Virus record (IMG/VR): IMGVR_UViG_3300032087_004407
Coordinates: 14,890-78,889 of that record
Origin: a virus
Strand: one strand, 5' to 3'
Length of the DNA: 64,000 bases
Below are positions 46,670 through 56,908 of this stretch, in pieces (position 1 is the first letter of the stretch; every line of letters starts with the position of its first letter). Under the pieces are notes generated by a model that was given only the letters and a program-made list of their open reading frames with translations, was not told where the DNA came from and made no database searches. A program made the translations under genes and the position numbers.

Positions 46670-48286
46670 ATGTATAAACACACAACAACATTCCTACAGC
46701 CAATTATTGCATCAGCAGATATTGATCAAGACAGCCTGCAGATTTCTCAAGCATCACTAGACAGCCTAAAAACATTAATGCCCGAGTCGATCGACTTGGA
46801 TAAAAATATTGATTTAGTTGGCGTTGCTTTTAACGCTGCTGTTGTTAATAAATTTAACAGAAATCATGATGGCATTGGCACTGAGACAGCTTTAGCGGTT
46901 AAAGACTATTTTGTTCACAAGCCTACCAACATAGAACATAAAAAACAAAGAATTGTAGGCCACATTGTTTCTTCTGCTTTTTCTAGTTATGGAGATAACG
47001 AATTAGTTTCTGACGAAGAGTTAAGAGAAACAAAAGATCCTTTTAACATTGCATTAGGTGCAGTAGTTTACAGAATGGTTGATAAAAAGTTTGCAGAATT
47101 AATTAATCAGTCAGTTGATCCAGAAAGCCCATTGTACAATCAAGTTTCTGCAAGTTGGGAGATAGGATTCAATGACTATCAAATTGCTTTAGGCAGCGAA
47201 GACTTATCTGAAGCAGAAATAATCACTGACGAAAAGCAAATTAAAGAATTAAGTCAGTATCTAAAAGCTGCAGAAGGCAACGGTACTATGAAAGATGGTA
47301 CATTGGTGCGAAGACTTGTAGTTGGTAATGTTTATCCTTTAGGAATAGGGTTTACTGCTAATCCAGCAGCCGATGTAGAAGGCGTTGTTTTAACAGAGAA
47401 AGATAGCGTTTCCTTTAACGATGAAGATGACGCATCAGTTATTGCTCCAGAAAAAGCTGACAAAATATTAAAAAATATTTTAAATTTTAAAAATAAAATT
47501 TCACAAAGTGAAAAAAACACTGTAAAAAATCAACAAGAAAGTAATTCAAGCATTATGAATACAGAACAACTAATCCAAGAGATTAAATCTGTGCTAGATG
47601 AAAAGCTTTCTTCTGAAAAAGTGTCTTCGGACAATTTCGCAGAAGAGTCTGTGGCTTCCATTTCTTCTATTGTGAATCAAGCGATTCGCGAAAAGAATGA
47701 AGAGTACAAAAATGAACTCTCGAAGGCACAAGAAGAAAAAGCTCAAGTCGAGGCTCAGCAAAAAGAACTCACCGCGTCAGTGGAGACTCTTAGCGAGAAG
47801 CTCCAAGCGGCCGAAGACAAAATTCGTCAATTCGAAGAAGATATCAGCCGCCAGCAGGCAGTTGCTAGATTCGACGCTCGTATGGAAACAATCGAGCAGG
47901 GTTACGAATTAAACGAGGAAGACCTTAAGATCGTTGCATCTGAGGTAAAAGACCTAGAAGAGTCTGATGAAGCTTTTGCTTCGTATCAGGAAAAGCTTGG
48001 TGTTATCTTCGCTCATAAGAGCAAAGATTATATCAAAGCTCAGCAAGAAAAATTTGACGCAGCTGTGGCTGAGGCGGTAGAAAAGAAAGTTTCTTCTTTG
48101 GAAGAATCTAAAGCTTCCACTGAAGAGGCCACTGCAGAAGTAAATTTAGAAGAGGTTTTAGATGAAGCTCAAGAGACAACTCCTGAGATTGCTAATACCA
48201 ACGAAGCTTCTTCTGGAGAGGCGGAAACTCTGAAATCAAAGTTCCAATCCGCGTTTAGCAAAGAAAACATTAAAATAACCTACTAA
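46670..48286 (+). CDS. Prohead protease fused to a coiled-coil scaffold
   Basis: NRNHDG, KPTNIEH..IVGH, SASWE, GIGFTANPAA; acidic coiled-coil C-terminal half. Confidence 0.75.
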   Translation: MYKHTTTFLQPIIASADIDQDSLQISQASLDSLKTLMPESIDLDKNIDLVGVAFNAAVVNKFNRNHDGIGTETALAVKDYFVHKPTNIEHKKQRIVGHIVSSAFSSYGDNELVSDEELRETKDPFNIALGAVVYRMVDKKFAELINQSVDPESPLYNQVSASWEIGFNDYQIALGSEDLSEAEIITDEKQIKELSQYLKAAEGNGTMKDGTLVRRLVVGNVYPLGIGFTANPAADVEGVVLTEKDSVSFNDEDDASVIAPEKADKILKNILNFKNKISQSEKNTVKNQQESNSSIMNTEQLIQEIKSVLDEKLSSEKVSSDNFAEESVASISSIVNQAIREKNEEYKNELSKAQEEKAQVEAQQKELTASVETLSEKLQAAEDKIRQFEEDISRQQAVARFDARMETIEQGYELNEEDLKIVASEVKDLEESDEAFASYQEKLGVIFAHKSKDYIKAQQEKFDAAVAEAVEKKVSSLEESKASTEEATAEVNLEEVLDEAQETTPEIANTNEASSGEAETLKSKFQSAFSKENIKITY

Positions 48287-48294
48287 CAAGCATT

Positions 48295-49011
48295 ATGGCA
48301 TATAGATTATTACCATTCAGACAATACGACGAAAACGACGTCATTAATCTGTTCGCCAATGATACGTCGGACGCTAAGCCGACTACCAATGGGAACGGAA
48401 GTGCAGGAGTTTTTGTTAGTGTTAAGAGTGGTGGAGGAAACTTTAGTAAAGACCCCATCACTTACGTTGATCGCACGGAGCTTTCTGCTTCTTACGATCA
48501 TGTTAAGAACCAGTATCCTGAAGTTCAGTTAAAAGTTACTGCAGCAGCTGCAGGCGCTTTTGCTGGTGAGGTGCTCGGTATTACATTGAAGCAAACCCTC
48601 GAAAAAGACGAGAACGAAGAGAAACTTCTCTACAATCCCGTCAAGAGAGACGAGCTTCAAGCTGTACTTTCTGGCCAGGCAGTGCCTATCGCCACGAAAG
48701 GTATTTTCACTTTGACAAGTGACGCTTTTGACAACGCTAACAACGGTACTCCATCTTGTGTGCCTGGCACTGCAGCAGTTATTTCTCCTGCAAACGCTGG
48801 TAAAGTAAGTGGTGTAGCTTTCTCTAGCTTGTATGGCGGCTTAGCTACTTCCGTAACTGGTTTGGCTCACGTTGGCCAGGGCGGAACTGTTGTGAAGTAT
48901 ACGACTGATCACGTTGTTGGTACTTGGATTGGTTCGGGTACAAGAACTTCTGTCGGTCCTGTTACTGATGTACACGCAGGTGCTTATGGCGTCTTAAAAC
49001 TTAACGTCTAA
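48295..49011 (+). CDS. Head decoration/minor capsid protein
   Basis: Between scaffold and MCP; Gly/Ala/Val-rich. Confidence 0.6.
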   Translation: MAYRLLPFRQYDENDVINLFANDTSDAKPTTNGNGSAGVFVSVKSGGGNFSKDPITYVDRTELSASYDHVKNQYPEVQLKVTAAAAGAFAGEVLGITLKQTLEKDENEEKLLYNPVKRDELQAVLSGQAVPIATKGIFTLTSDAFDNANNGTPSCVPGTAAVISPANAGKVSGVAFSSLYGGLATSVTGLAHVGQGGTVVKYTTDHVVGTWIGSGTRTSVGPVTDVHAGAYGVLKLNV

Positions 49012-49040
49012 TCTTAGAGTATAGAAAGGAAATAAATACA

Positions 49041-50195
49041 ATGAATATTACCTTAAAAAGAACAAATGAACAGCTTGAGTTAGTTCAGGCAATGGCCTCT
49101 AAGAACAGAGATGTTGCTTACGAAGCTCAGGTTGCTTTAGCCGAGTTTATCGGCCCAGTGATTAACGAAGTGGTTAACAACGCTCCTACTTTGAGCAACT
49201 TGTTCACCCCGCTTCAGTTTAATGCTGATGACAACCCCAGCATCCCCTTGGATGTTTATTACGATGTAGCCGACGAAGACTACATTAACGTTTACAGCTC
49301 ACACGCTCCAGGTGGTCTTCCCACCAACCAAGTTACTCCTTCTCACAACGAAGTGAAGTTGGCTACTTACAAACTCGACACCGCAGTTTCTTTTGACAAG
49401 AAATATGCTTCTCGTTCGAGAATGGACGTAGTTAGCAAAAGTTTCACTCGTGCTGCCCAGGAAATTCTTCTGAAGCAGGAGAGAACTTCTGGTAACTTGT
49501 TATTGGGTGCATTAGCAAACGCTTCTACCACCATTGATGGTGCAACTAAGAAGCATACATTTGCTAGCAACCAGGCTGGCCGCTTCTTGTTGGATGACCT
49601 TAACGCCTTGTTGACCTTGGCCAAGAGAATTCGTCCTTCGTTTGCTGGCGGAACTCCTGTGGCTGGTAGCGCTGGTATCACGGATCTTATCGTTTCTCCT
49701 GAGACTGTTGAAGATCTTCGTGAGATGGCCTACAACCCAATCAACACTAGAGATGCTGACGGCGCCGTCGCTGCTTCTGCGGACAACTTAATTGCTGCTC
49801 CAGATTCAGTGCGTGCTGGCATGTACACTAGCGCTGGTATCCCTGAGTTCTACGGCGTAAGCGTAATGGAAATTCACGAGCTCGGTCCAAACAAGAAGTT
49901 CACTAAGATCTTCGCTGGTTTGGCTGGTTCTGCTCAGATGGATGACAACCCGAACGGTGGCGACAGCGCCTTCGATCATGGTGATGCTGATGACTTGGTT
50001 ATCGGTATTGATCGTAGCCGCGATGCTTTTGTTCGTGCAATCGCAGTTGACAGTGAGACTGGTTCTGAGTTCAGCTTAGTTGCTGATGATCAGTACAGTG
50101 TGCGTCAGCAGAAGATTGGCTACTATGGTTCTATTGAAGAGGGTCGCGTGGTCCTCGACGACAGAGCTATTGTTGGTGTTGCAATCGATCTGTAA
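49041..50195 (+). CDS. Major capsid protein
   Basis: Position, 384 aa, biased codon usage, HK97-like TDLIVSPE..., strong terminator downstream. Confidence 0.8.
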   Translation: MNITLKRTNEQLELVQAMASKNRDVAYEAQVALAEFIGPVINEVVNNAPTLSNLFTPLQFNADDNPSIPLDVYYDVADEDYINVYSSHAPGGLPTNQVTPSHNEVKLATYKLDTAVSFDKKYASRSRMDVVSKSFTRAAQEILLKQERTSGNLLLGALANASTTIDGATKKHTFASNQAGRFLLDDLNALLTLAKRIRPSFAGGTPVAGSAGITDLIVSPETVEDLREMAYNPINTRDADGAVAASADNLIAAPDSVRAGMYTSAGIPEFYGVSVMEIHELGPNKKFTKIFAGLAGSAQMDDNPNGGDSAFDHGDADDLVIGIDRSRDAFVRAIAVDSETGSEFSLVADDQYSVRQQKIGYYGSIEEGRVVLDDRAIVGVAIDL

Positions 50196-50216
50196 TCCAT
50201 ATCGACACAAACTCTT

Positions 50217-50248
50217 AACCCGCTCCATTTGGGGCGGGTTTTTTATTT
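50217..50248 (+). terminator. Intrinsic terminator after the MCP
   Basis: AACCCGCTCC-ATTT-GGGGCGGGTT followed by T-run. Confidence 0.9.
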
Positions 50249-50312
50249 CTATTTTTAACTTAAAAAGTGTAATAAGAATAGAATTCAAAGGTATAAGGAA
50301 ATATTATAAAAT

Positions 50313-50732
50313 ATGAAAAAGACTACTTCAAAAAGAAAAGCTTCTGCTAAGAAGCCTAGAAAAAAGACGGTTGCTAAAAAACAGTCTGAGTTGGAACAAC
50401 TTAATTTAATGGACGGAAAACTAGAAGTTGATAAAGTTAGAGAACTTGAAGAGCTTCTAGGCGTGGATCAAACAACAGTATTTAAAACTAATGATTTAGA
50501 AGTTTTTAAGGATGATTTGTCAAATATGACTTTAACAGATATGCAAGCTTTGGCAGTAGAAGCTGGAGTATTTCCATCTGGTAACAGGTCAGCTCTTAAG
50601 CAAAAGCTAGTAAAAGAATTTGTCAGTCAAACAAAAGGCCGCAGATATGCTACTGGCGAGCAAAAGCCAATTATTGATCCAAATGATCCGCAGTTCGATA
50701 AAGTAAAAAAATTAATGTCTGAAGGTTTCTAA
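50313..50732 (+). CDS. Hypothetical protein with a basic N-terminus
   Basis: ORF preceded by GTGTAA. Confidence 0.6.
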   Translation: MKKTTSKRKASAKKPRKKTVAKKQSELEQLNLMDGKLEVDKVRELEELLGVDQTTVFKTNDLEVFKDDLSNMTLTDMQALAVEAGVFPSGNRSALKQKLVKEFVSQTKGRRYATGEQKPIIDPNDPQFDKVKKLMSEGF

Positions 50733-51238
50733 TGAACGAATTTAAAGTATTAGCTAATAGTGTTTTTGTCAATGAATTTGACAGTGATACAGACATGGCC
50801 ACTCTGAGCCAAATTTCAGGGTGGTTTGAAAATAATATTGGTGAGCTAAATACTTTAATATTTACTTCATTTAGCGGTTCTGGTATTGGTGTTACGGATA
50901 ATATTAAAATTGTCCCAGAAAATAAATTTGGCTACGAAGAAAGTGGAATATTTAAACAATTATATTTAAAACATTTTTATCGTAAAAAGGCTAGAAATGT
51001 ATTAAAAGGCATTGATAGCAGTGTAGATTTTATTTCTTTGCGTGAAGGTGATTCTATGATTACTCGCACAAACAAAAACGAAATTGCTAAAACATATCGC
51101 GGGTTAGCAAAAGACGCAGAAGAAGAGTTAGAAAAACAAGTTTATGCTTATAATTACTATCAAGCTCAACCAAGGCAAGTTGCAGGAACTGATGTTCGAG
51201 TAGCTCCAGTAACAGGTAACCGCGAGAATATAGTCTAA
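50732..51238 (+). CDS. Probable head-tail adaptor
   Basis: Position and size; SLREGDS.I motif. Confidence 0.45.
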   Translation: MNEFKVLANSVFVNEFDSDTDMATLSQISGWFENNIGELNTLIFTSFSGSGIGVTDNIKIVPENKFGYEESGIFKQLYLKHFYRKKARNVLKGIDSSVDFISLREGDSMITRTNKNEIAKTYRGLAKDAEEELEKQVYAYNYYQAQPRQVAGTDVRVAPVTGNRENIV

Positions 51239-52414
51239 TTAGTCCCCCACGTCCGCTGCAAGGCCACTAAATAAGAATCCCTTACTGGCACTGCACTCAA
51301 ATGAGAAAGTCGCGTTAAAAGACATATTTGAGCCAATTGTTTGATTTATAGACTGCGCAACTATTTTAGCGTCTTGAAATTTTGTTAAAACCGTGTCAGT
51401 GGCATTTGTTGGCGAGCTAGATTTTTTAAACAACAATTCCATTTGATAAACATCATCTTTAGAAAATATGGTATCAGTTTGTCCAGTAACAACATTTGTT
51501 GCAGTGGCGGATATTTCTATTTGTCCTAATGTTGGATATTCTGCCCTTCTGTCGTAAACATATTTAGATCCAAAACCGTATAAATCAGTTCTGTTTACTG
51601 GAACGTTTATTGAAACAGATTGTACATGCATTTTTTGTGAACCACTTAAACGTATACCTCCTATATTGGGGTTTGAAAATTCTACGTGAATGTCTCCAGG
51701 TTCTATAAATTTAGTATCTCCAGTGTGAAATACTCCACCCAAAGACGATAATGTTTCTTGTGTGCTACCGCCTTTTACTACGTATCCAAAGTTGTCAAAA
51801 TCAGTTGCTAGTGTTCCGTTATCTCTATCTACAGCGGGAATAATTCCAGAAGCATAAATATTATCATATTTAGGGTTACTATGACTAGGATTGTAAGTTC
51901 CGCTTGTTTGGTCAAATCTTACATTAGACGCGGAATAATCTAATGACACAGTTGGTAATGCGCCCACAGAAGCTTCCAAAGAATAGTTATTTACATAACA
52001 ATTGCCAAAACTTAAAACACTAAGATCGTTAAATCCACTTTGTAAATTAAAATCTGTTTGTTGATTTTTAGTAACAAACAAGAAGAAGTTTCTATCATCA
52101 TTGCCAGTTACCCCACTTAAAAAAGAAGTATTACCAGCAACATTAAAACCTAATGTTTTTTCATTTATTCCATCTGTTAATAAATAAGTGAATCCTAAAG
52201 CAACATTCGGCTGCAAAACGGGCTGTCTTGCGGCCAGCGTATTCCCCCCGATTTGTTTAACTTCAGCGCGATTTATTCCAATATCAAAACTTGCTGCTTG
52301 AACTAAGTTTAATGCGGTTAACTTTGAAGAGCCATCAGATCCACTATGAACTTGATATGCTGGAGATGGTCCAGTTAATAATCCTACGTTTTGATATGCT
52401 ATCCTGTTCCTCAT
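51239..52414 (-). CDS. Tail-tube paralogue
   Basis: MRNRIAYQ, INRAEVKQIG, FGNCYVNNYSLEASVGALPT, shared with 52482..53717. Confidence 0.7.
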   Translation of the reverse strand: MRNRIAYQNVGLLTGPSPAYQVHSGSDGSSKLTALNLVQAASFDIGINRAEVKQIGGNTLAARQPVLQPNVALGFTYLLTDGINEKTLGFNVAGNTSFLSGVTGNDDRNFFLFVTKNQQTDFNLQSGFNDLSVLSFGNCYVNNYSLEASVGALPTVSLDYSASNVRFDQTSGTYNPSHSNPKYDNIYASGIIPAVDRDNGTLATDFDNFGYVVKGGSTQETLSSLGGVFHTGDTKFIEPGDIHVEFSNPNIGGIRLSGSQKMHVQSVSINVPVNRTDLYGFGSKYVYDRRAEYPTLGQIEISATATNVVTGQTDTIFSKDDVYQMELLFKKSSSPTNATDTVLTKFQDAKIVAQSINQTIGSNMSFNATFSFECSASKGFLFSGLAADVGD

Positions 52415-52481
52415 GCCTATATAAAATTACACCACAATCAAAAGACTGTGGTGTAAAATATAACTTATATTTAATGGTATT

Positions 52482-53717
52482 TTATTCTGAACCTCTAATA
52501 GCATTAATTCCGCATTGAATTCCAGAGATAAATAGCCCGTTGGTTGTATCTTGTGGACCACCAATAGTAGCGGTAAATGATAAATCAACAGATTTGTTAT
52601 CTCCAATGCTTGAGCTAAATGATTCGCTGTCAAGTGTTGCATTTTTAAGTATATATGCCAACTGAGCTTCACCTTGAGTAGCGCCTGCGGTTGATGGCCT
52701 GTGCATTTTTAATACAATATCATGCTTATTTGTCGTATAAAGCTCATCAAATAGATTGCCCGCTTTTAAATCTGCAACTGTTGCAGAAATACTAGCGCTT
52801 ACTTGCACTGGGAAGTCGATTTCTCTGGCAAAGCCAAAAGAATTTCCTAATCTTTGTAATACGCTTCTGCCTAATGGCAAATCAATTGAAAAACTATTAA
52901 TATGAGCAGCGGTTCGGCGGTCAGCATCTACTAATTGTGTTAATAATCCTGTGCCTTGTGCGCCAGCAGATCCTATAAATTCAACTTTAATATCGCCTGG
53001 CCTAATTATTTGATCAACATCTCCAGTAACTGGAGCAGGTAATCCAAATGTCGCAGTACCCTGTGTACCAGCGTCAGGGTCAATCGCTGGAGTGGTCATT
53101 AATGCTGCGCCGCTTTGAGCGGTAATATTTAAGCCCTCGACGGAAACACTAGCTGTTGGAACCGCACCAACTGACGCGTTAACACTATAGTTAGTAATAA
53201 AACCATTTCCAATTGAAATTACAGTGCTGTCTGAAGAAGCCTGCAAAGATGAGTTATTTGCATCAGATCCTTCTTTTACCGTTAGAATATGATAGTTTCT
53301 ACCAGAAATATTTGAAAGGATCCCAGAAATGGCAGAAGTTGTTACTGTTGTTGCATCGTTTAAATTTGCAGGATCAACACTAATTCCTAAAGCGTCTTCG
53401 TTTACGCCATTCGTTACTAAATATGTAAAATCTAGTCCTACCGTTGGGGCATCAATTACAGCTGTGTCTATACGAGCTAGCTGTCCAAATTGATTAATGT
53501 CAGTTCTGTTAATTGCAAAATTATAGTTTGCACTTTGAACGCGATGAATTTGGTGCATTGCTTTCGCTGGAATATGTGCGTGTGTACCAGCAAAGTCAGG
53601 AGCTGCGCCGCCAACGCCACCGCATCCATTAGTTACTAAGTCGATTGTTTGGTTGCCAGTATATTGATGGGTCACAAACAACGCTTCACTTTGATAAATT
53701 ACTCTGTTTCTTGCCAT
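52482..53717 (-). CDS. Major tail (tube) protein
   Basis: Follows the neck/terminator genes; beta-rich; paralogous to two other ORFs. Confidence 0.7.
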   Translation of the reverse strand: MARNRVIYQSEALFVTHQYTGNQTIDLVTNGCGGVGGAAPDFAGTHAHIPAKAMHQIHRVQSANYNFAINRTDINQFGQLARIDTAVIDAPTVGLDFTYLVTNGVNEDALGISVDPANLNDATTVTTSAISGILSNISGRNYHILTVKEGSDANNSSLQASSDSTVISIGNGFITNYSVNASVGAVPTASVSVEGLNITAQSGAALMTTPAIDPDAGTQGTATFGLPAPVTGDVDQIIRPGDIKVEFIGSAGAQGTGLLTQLVDADRRTAAHINSFSIDLPLGRSVLQRLGNSFGFAREIDFPVQVSASISATVADLKAGNLFDELYTTNKHDIVLKMHRPSTAGATQGEAQLAYILKNATLDSESFSSSIGDNKSVDLSFTATIGGPQDTTNGLFISGIQCGINAIRGSE

Positions 53718-53828
53718 GATATTTAAAAAGGTTTAAGGTTATTGTTGTTTACAACATTTCTACTGTAATGTGAAATTTTTTCTAAACTTATATAAAGTTA
53801 AAAGTCAACTTTATACTTTACTTTACAC

Positions 53829-54752
53829 TTAATTTGCTCTAGGCGAACGATATTTGTGTATTTCAAAATCAATAAATCCTACAAAAATGTTAGGATTCAC
53901 GCGCTTTTTGACACGATCACTTAATTTTGAAACGTCTACAGACTCAATATGAAACAAACTGTCAGATGCGTCACTTTCTACTTGATTGTAGCTGTATCCT
54001 GTAGGATAAGTTGCTGACTTTATATCACCAAACTCTGTTGTAGGAAAATCTTCAAAGTCAACTTGCACAAAAGATCTTTTTTGAGCGTCCGCTGCTAATG
54101 ACAATACACAATCTAAACAATATAAATCACTAGTCATAACAACAGCTTTTACGTTTGTTTTTGTAATATCTAATCCGCCAAAAGCAAATGGTTCATTTTG
54201 CACACTTTCAGAAGTAACAAAAACTGCTGGTAAAACTTGATCATAAGGTTCTACTCCAGTTGTGTTAATAGCGCCAAATCTATCATTTGTTTTAAATTTT
54301 TCAATAACCAAATCTTCTTCTGTTTGGTTTGTCATATATATATTAAAGTCTTTTACCGCGAATTGACCGCTCAAAGATAAATCATTGCCAGGCACATTTC
54401 CAGAATCGTCACCAGTAAAAAATACTCTACCGTTATCATAATCTATTGTTAAACCACTTGTTCCGCGAGGTATTTCAAAAGCTGTGCCATCTTCTCTTTG
54501 GCCACTGACTCTGTCGAGAACTATTGCACCTTGAGTTCCTTGTGAATTTACAACTCCGCTATGCAAGCCACTATCAAATATAAATTGTTTGTATTGTGAC
54601 GAATAAACATTATAGTCACTTGACAATCTATCATCGGTCATATTATAAAATACGCCAGTTTTGTTTTTGTAAGCTTCTCCATACTTTTGCAAATAGTTGT
54701 CAAACCAAAGAAAAAAGCTGGTCATTAATGTATGTTGAAATTGTGGTTTCAT
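53829..54752 (-). CDS. Tail completion/terminator-like protein
   Basis: Position; LPAVFV...EPFAFGG. Confidence 0.45.
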   Translation of the reverse strand: MKPQFQHTLMTSFFLWFDNYLQKYGEAYKNKTGVFYNMTDDRLSSDYNVYSSQYKQFIFDSGLHSGVVNSQGTQGAIVLDRVSGQREDGTAFEIPRGTSGLTIDYDNGRVFFTGDDSGNVPGNDLSLSGQFAVKDFNIYMTNQTEEDLVIEKFKTNDRFGAINTTGVEPYDQVLPAVFVTSESVQNEPFAFGGLDITKTNVKAVVMTSDLYCLDCVLSLAADAQKRSFVQVDFEDFPTTEFGDIKSATYPTGYSYNQVESDASDSLFHIESVDVSKLSDRVKKRVNPNIFVGFIDFEIHKYRSPRAN

Positions 54753-55330
54753 AGTTTTAGTTTGTTGACTTTTATAATAAAGTTATTTAGTATTTCTGAT
54801 ATATATTTCGTATTTTTAAATCTTCCTCCGCGAACTTGTGATTGACTTTGTATACCTCCTCCAGACCTACTGGCATCTGATTCAATATTTAAATATCTGC
54901 CAAGACCAGACAATCCTGTTTCTATGCCTTTTAACCAGCTTCTACCCGTGGCATACGGTAATGGAGTTGCGTCAAAAAGTTCGTCTTTTGATGGATAATA
55001 TACTTTGAAATCTACAATAGCTCCTTTTGTTCTTATAAATGCTATATACGACGTTTTAAGCATTTCTCTTACAACTGTAATTGGTTCATCGTTTTGATTA
55101 AAACCAATAAAACCAAACAAACTTCCCACACTAACAAAAGAGCTAGGATCTGCACTGGTTTTTTGTTCAAGTTCGCGAGTTACTGGATGATTGTTAAACT
55201 CAGACAACATTTCTCGTTTTAAGACTTCGAACTCTTTTATTAGTCGCGACTCGACATCTTTTCTTAAAAATTTACCAGTCTGCTGGTAAACAATGTCTAT
55301 TGCTCCTGCTGGAACTACAACATTACTCAT
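54749..55330 (-). CDS. Neck protein
   Basis: Position in the head-tail joining operon. Confidence 0.4.
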   Translation of the reverse strand: MSNVVVPAGAIDIVYQQTGKFLRKDVESRLIKEFEVLKREMLSEFNNHPVTRELEQKTSADPSSFVSVGSLFGFIGFNQNDEPITVVREMLKTSYIAFIRTKGAIVDFKVYYPSKDELFDATPLPYATGRSWLKGIETGLSGLGRYLNIESDASRSGGGIQSQSQVRGGRFKNTKYISEILNNFIIKVNKLKL

Positions 55331-55775
55331 CGATCGGCTTTAAATAATAAGTATAAAATCTCGCATCAAAAAGTCCGTGCGGCCTATAATCACTAAAAAT
55401 AGTAAACCTTCTGCCATCCAGTTGGACACGTTTTGCATCTTTTAAATAACTATGTGCATCTCCAGAAACCTTGATTCTTACGCTACCTGCAGGCATTTTA
55501 ATTTTTAATTGAGAGTCAAGTTGAGAGTCTGCAAAATATTCTTCGTTTTGATTCATATATTGAACTCTCGCTTTGTAACTGCCAGATTGTGTTACATTTA
55601 CAACACTTGTTGTTGATCCAGCGGTTCCGTAAACGGAGTTAAACTCTGAACTAGGAGTTGTAACTGTTTTTGTGGCTTCTTTGATTATCTGGATATCGCG
55701 TGCAAAAGTATCATGGAGACTGTCCATGACATCATTCAATGCTGATTTATCCGCAGCTGTAAGTAAACTTGCCAT
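55323..55775 (-). CDS. Head closure-like protein
   Basis: Size, beta-rich, position. Confidence 0.45.
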   Translation of the reverse strand: MASLLTAADKSALNDVMDSLHDTFARDIQIIKEATKTVTTPSSEFNSVYGTAGSTTSVVNVTQSGSYKARVQYMNQNEEYFADSQLDSQLKIKMPAGSVRIKVSGDAHSYLKDAKRVQLDGRRFTIFSDYRPHGLFDARFYTYYLKPIDE

Positions 55776-56143
55776 GCTTTTCTTTACACTTTTTATTGTT
55801 TTTTGTGTAATATAATTTAGGTTTAAGGTTTAAATTATGGACGCAAAAGGATTATTAGGCGATTATTATGGTCGTAATACTAAGAAATTATTTAAGACAT
55901 TTTTAATTTTATTAGAAGATTTAAAAACAGACCATGACATTCATTTTTGCAAACTTCGCAAAAATTTACCCAATCATAAAGAATTAATCGAACAAGCTGA
56001 TTATTTCGACGAAAAGAAGATGCAATATCTTCGTAAAAAAGTATTAGATATGGGCAATGAAAATATTCGCAATAATGACGATGATTTAGACAAGTTCACA
56101 ATAGAATTTCAATTTAAAAATTAATATAATAAAGGTACAAGGT

Positions 56144-56908
56144 ATGAAGGAAATATATAGTTTTTCGGTAGATTTAGAAACAAAGACTACAAAAGAAGTC
56201 GAAAAGACTATTGTAGACAAAGAAACGGGCAAGGAAGAAAAAGTAAAAGCAGAAGAAGAAGTCGTAACATCTGAACCTGTCCGCATTATTCTAAAAGAGC
56301 CAAATCGTCGACAAGTTGAAGAAGCTGACATGGAGTACAGCATTGAAATGAGTCAATGCGTAAAACGCGGCATTCTTACAAAAGCTATGCTGGCAAATAA
56401 ATATACCGACACTGGAGGACTTGTTGCAGAAGAAGACGCCAAGAGTTTAGCAAAATCATATGGTAAGCTTGGAGAAATACAATCCGAATATACTCGACTT
56501 TCTACAAAAACTGGCAAAAAGACAAAAGAAGATGAAGAAAGGTTGGCTGAACTTTTAGAAGATATCGCCGCATTAAGAAAACATATTGTCGATACTGAAA
56601 CTGCATATGCTTCTTTGTTTAACCACACCGCCGACACAAAAGCTCAAAATCGCGCGATTATGTGGTACGTATTGAATTTAACATATGTCATGCGCGAAGA
56701 AGATGAAGAGCCACAAGTATTTTTCAAAGGAGAAACTTTTGAAGAAAAAGAAAATCATTATTTTGAACTTGATGAAAAAGAAGATCCACTGTATCTCTTA
56801 ATTCAAGGCAAGATTGCAACATTTATTAGTTATTGGTATTATGCAAGCGCCATTACCAAAGAAGACTTTCAAAAATTAGATCAAGATATTGAAAACGGCG
56901 ATGTATAA
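56144..56908 (+). CDS. Tail assembly chaperone-like protein
   Basis: Acidic, upstream of the tape measure gene. Confidence 0.45.
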   Translation: MKEIYSFSVDLETKTTKEVEKTIVDKETGKEEKVKAEEEVVTSEPVRIILKEPNRRQVEEADMEYSIEMSQCVKRGILTKAMLANKYTDTGGLVAEEDAKSLAKSYGKLGEIQSEYTRLSTKTGKKTKEDEERLAELLEDIAALRKHIVDTETAYASLFNHTADTKAQNRAIMWYVLNLTYVMREEDEEPQVFFKGETFEEKENHYFELDEKEDPLYLLIQGKIATFISYWYYASAITKEDFQKLDQDIENGDV

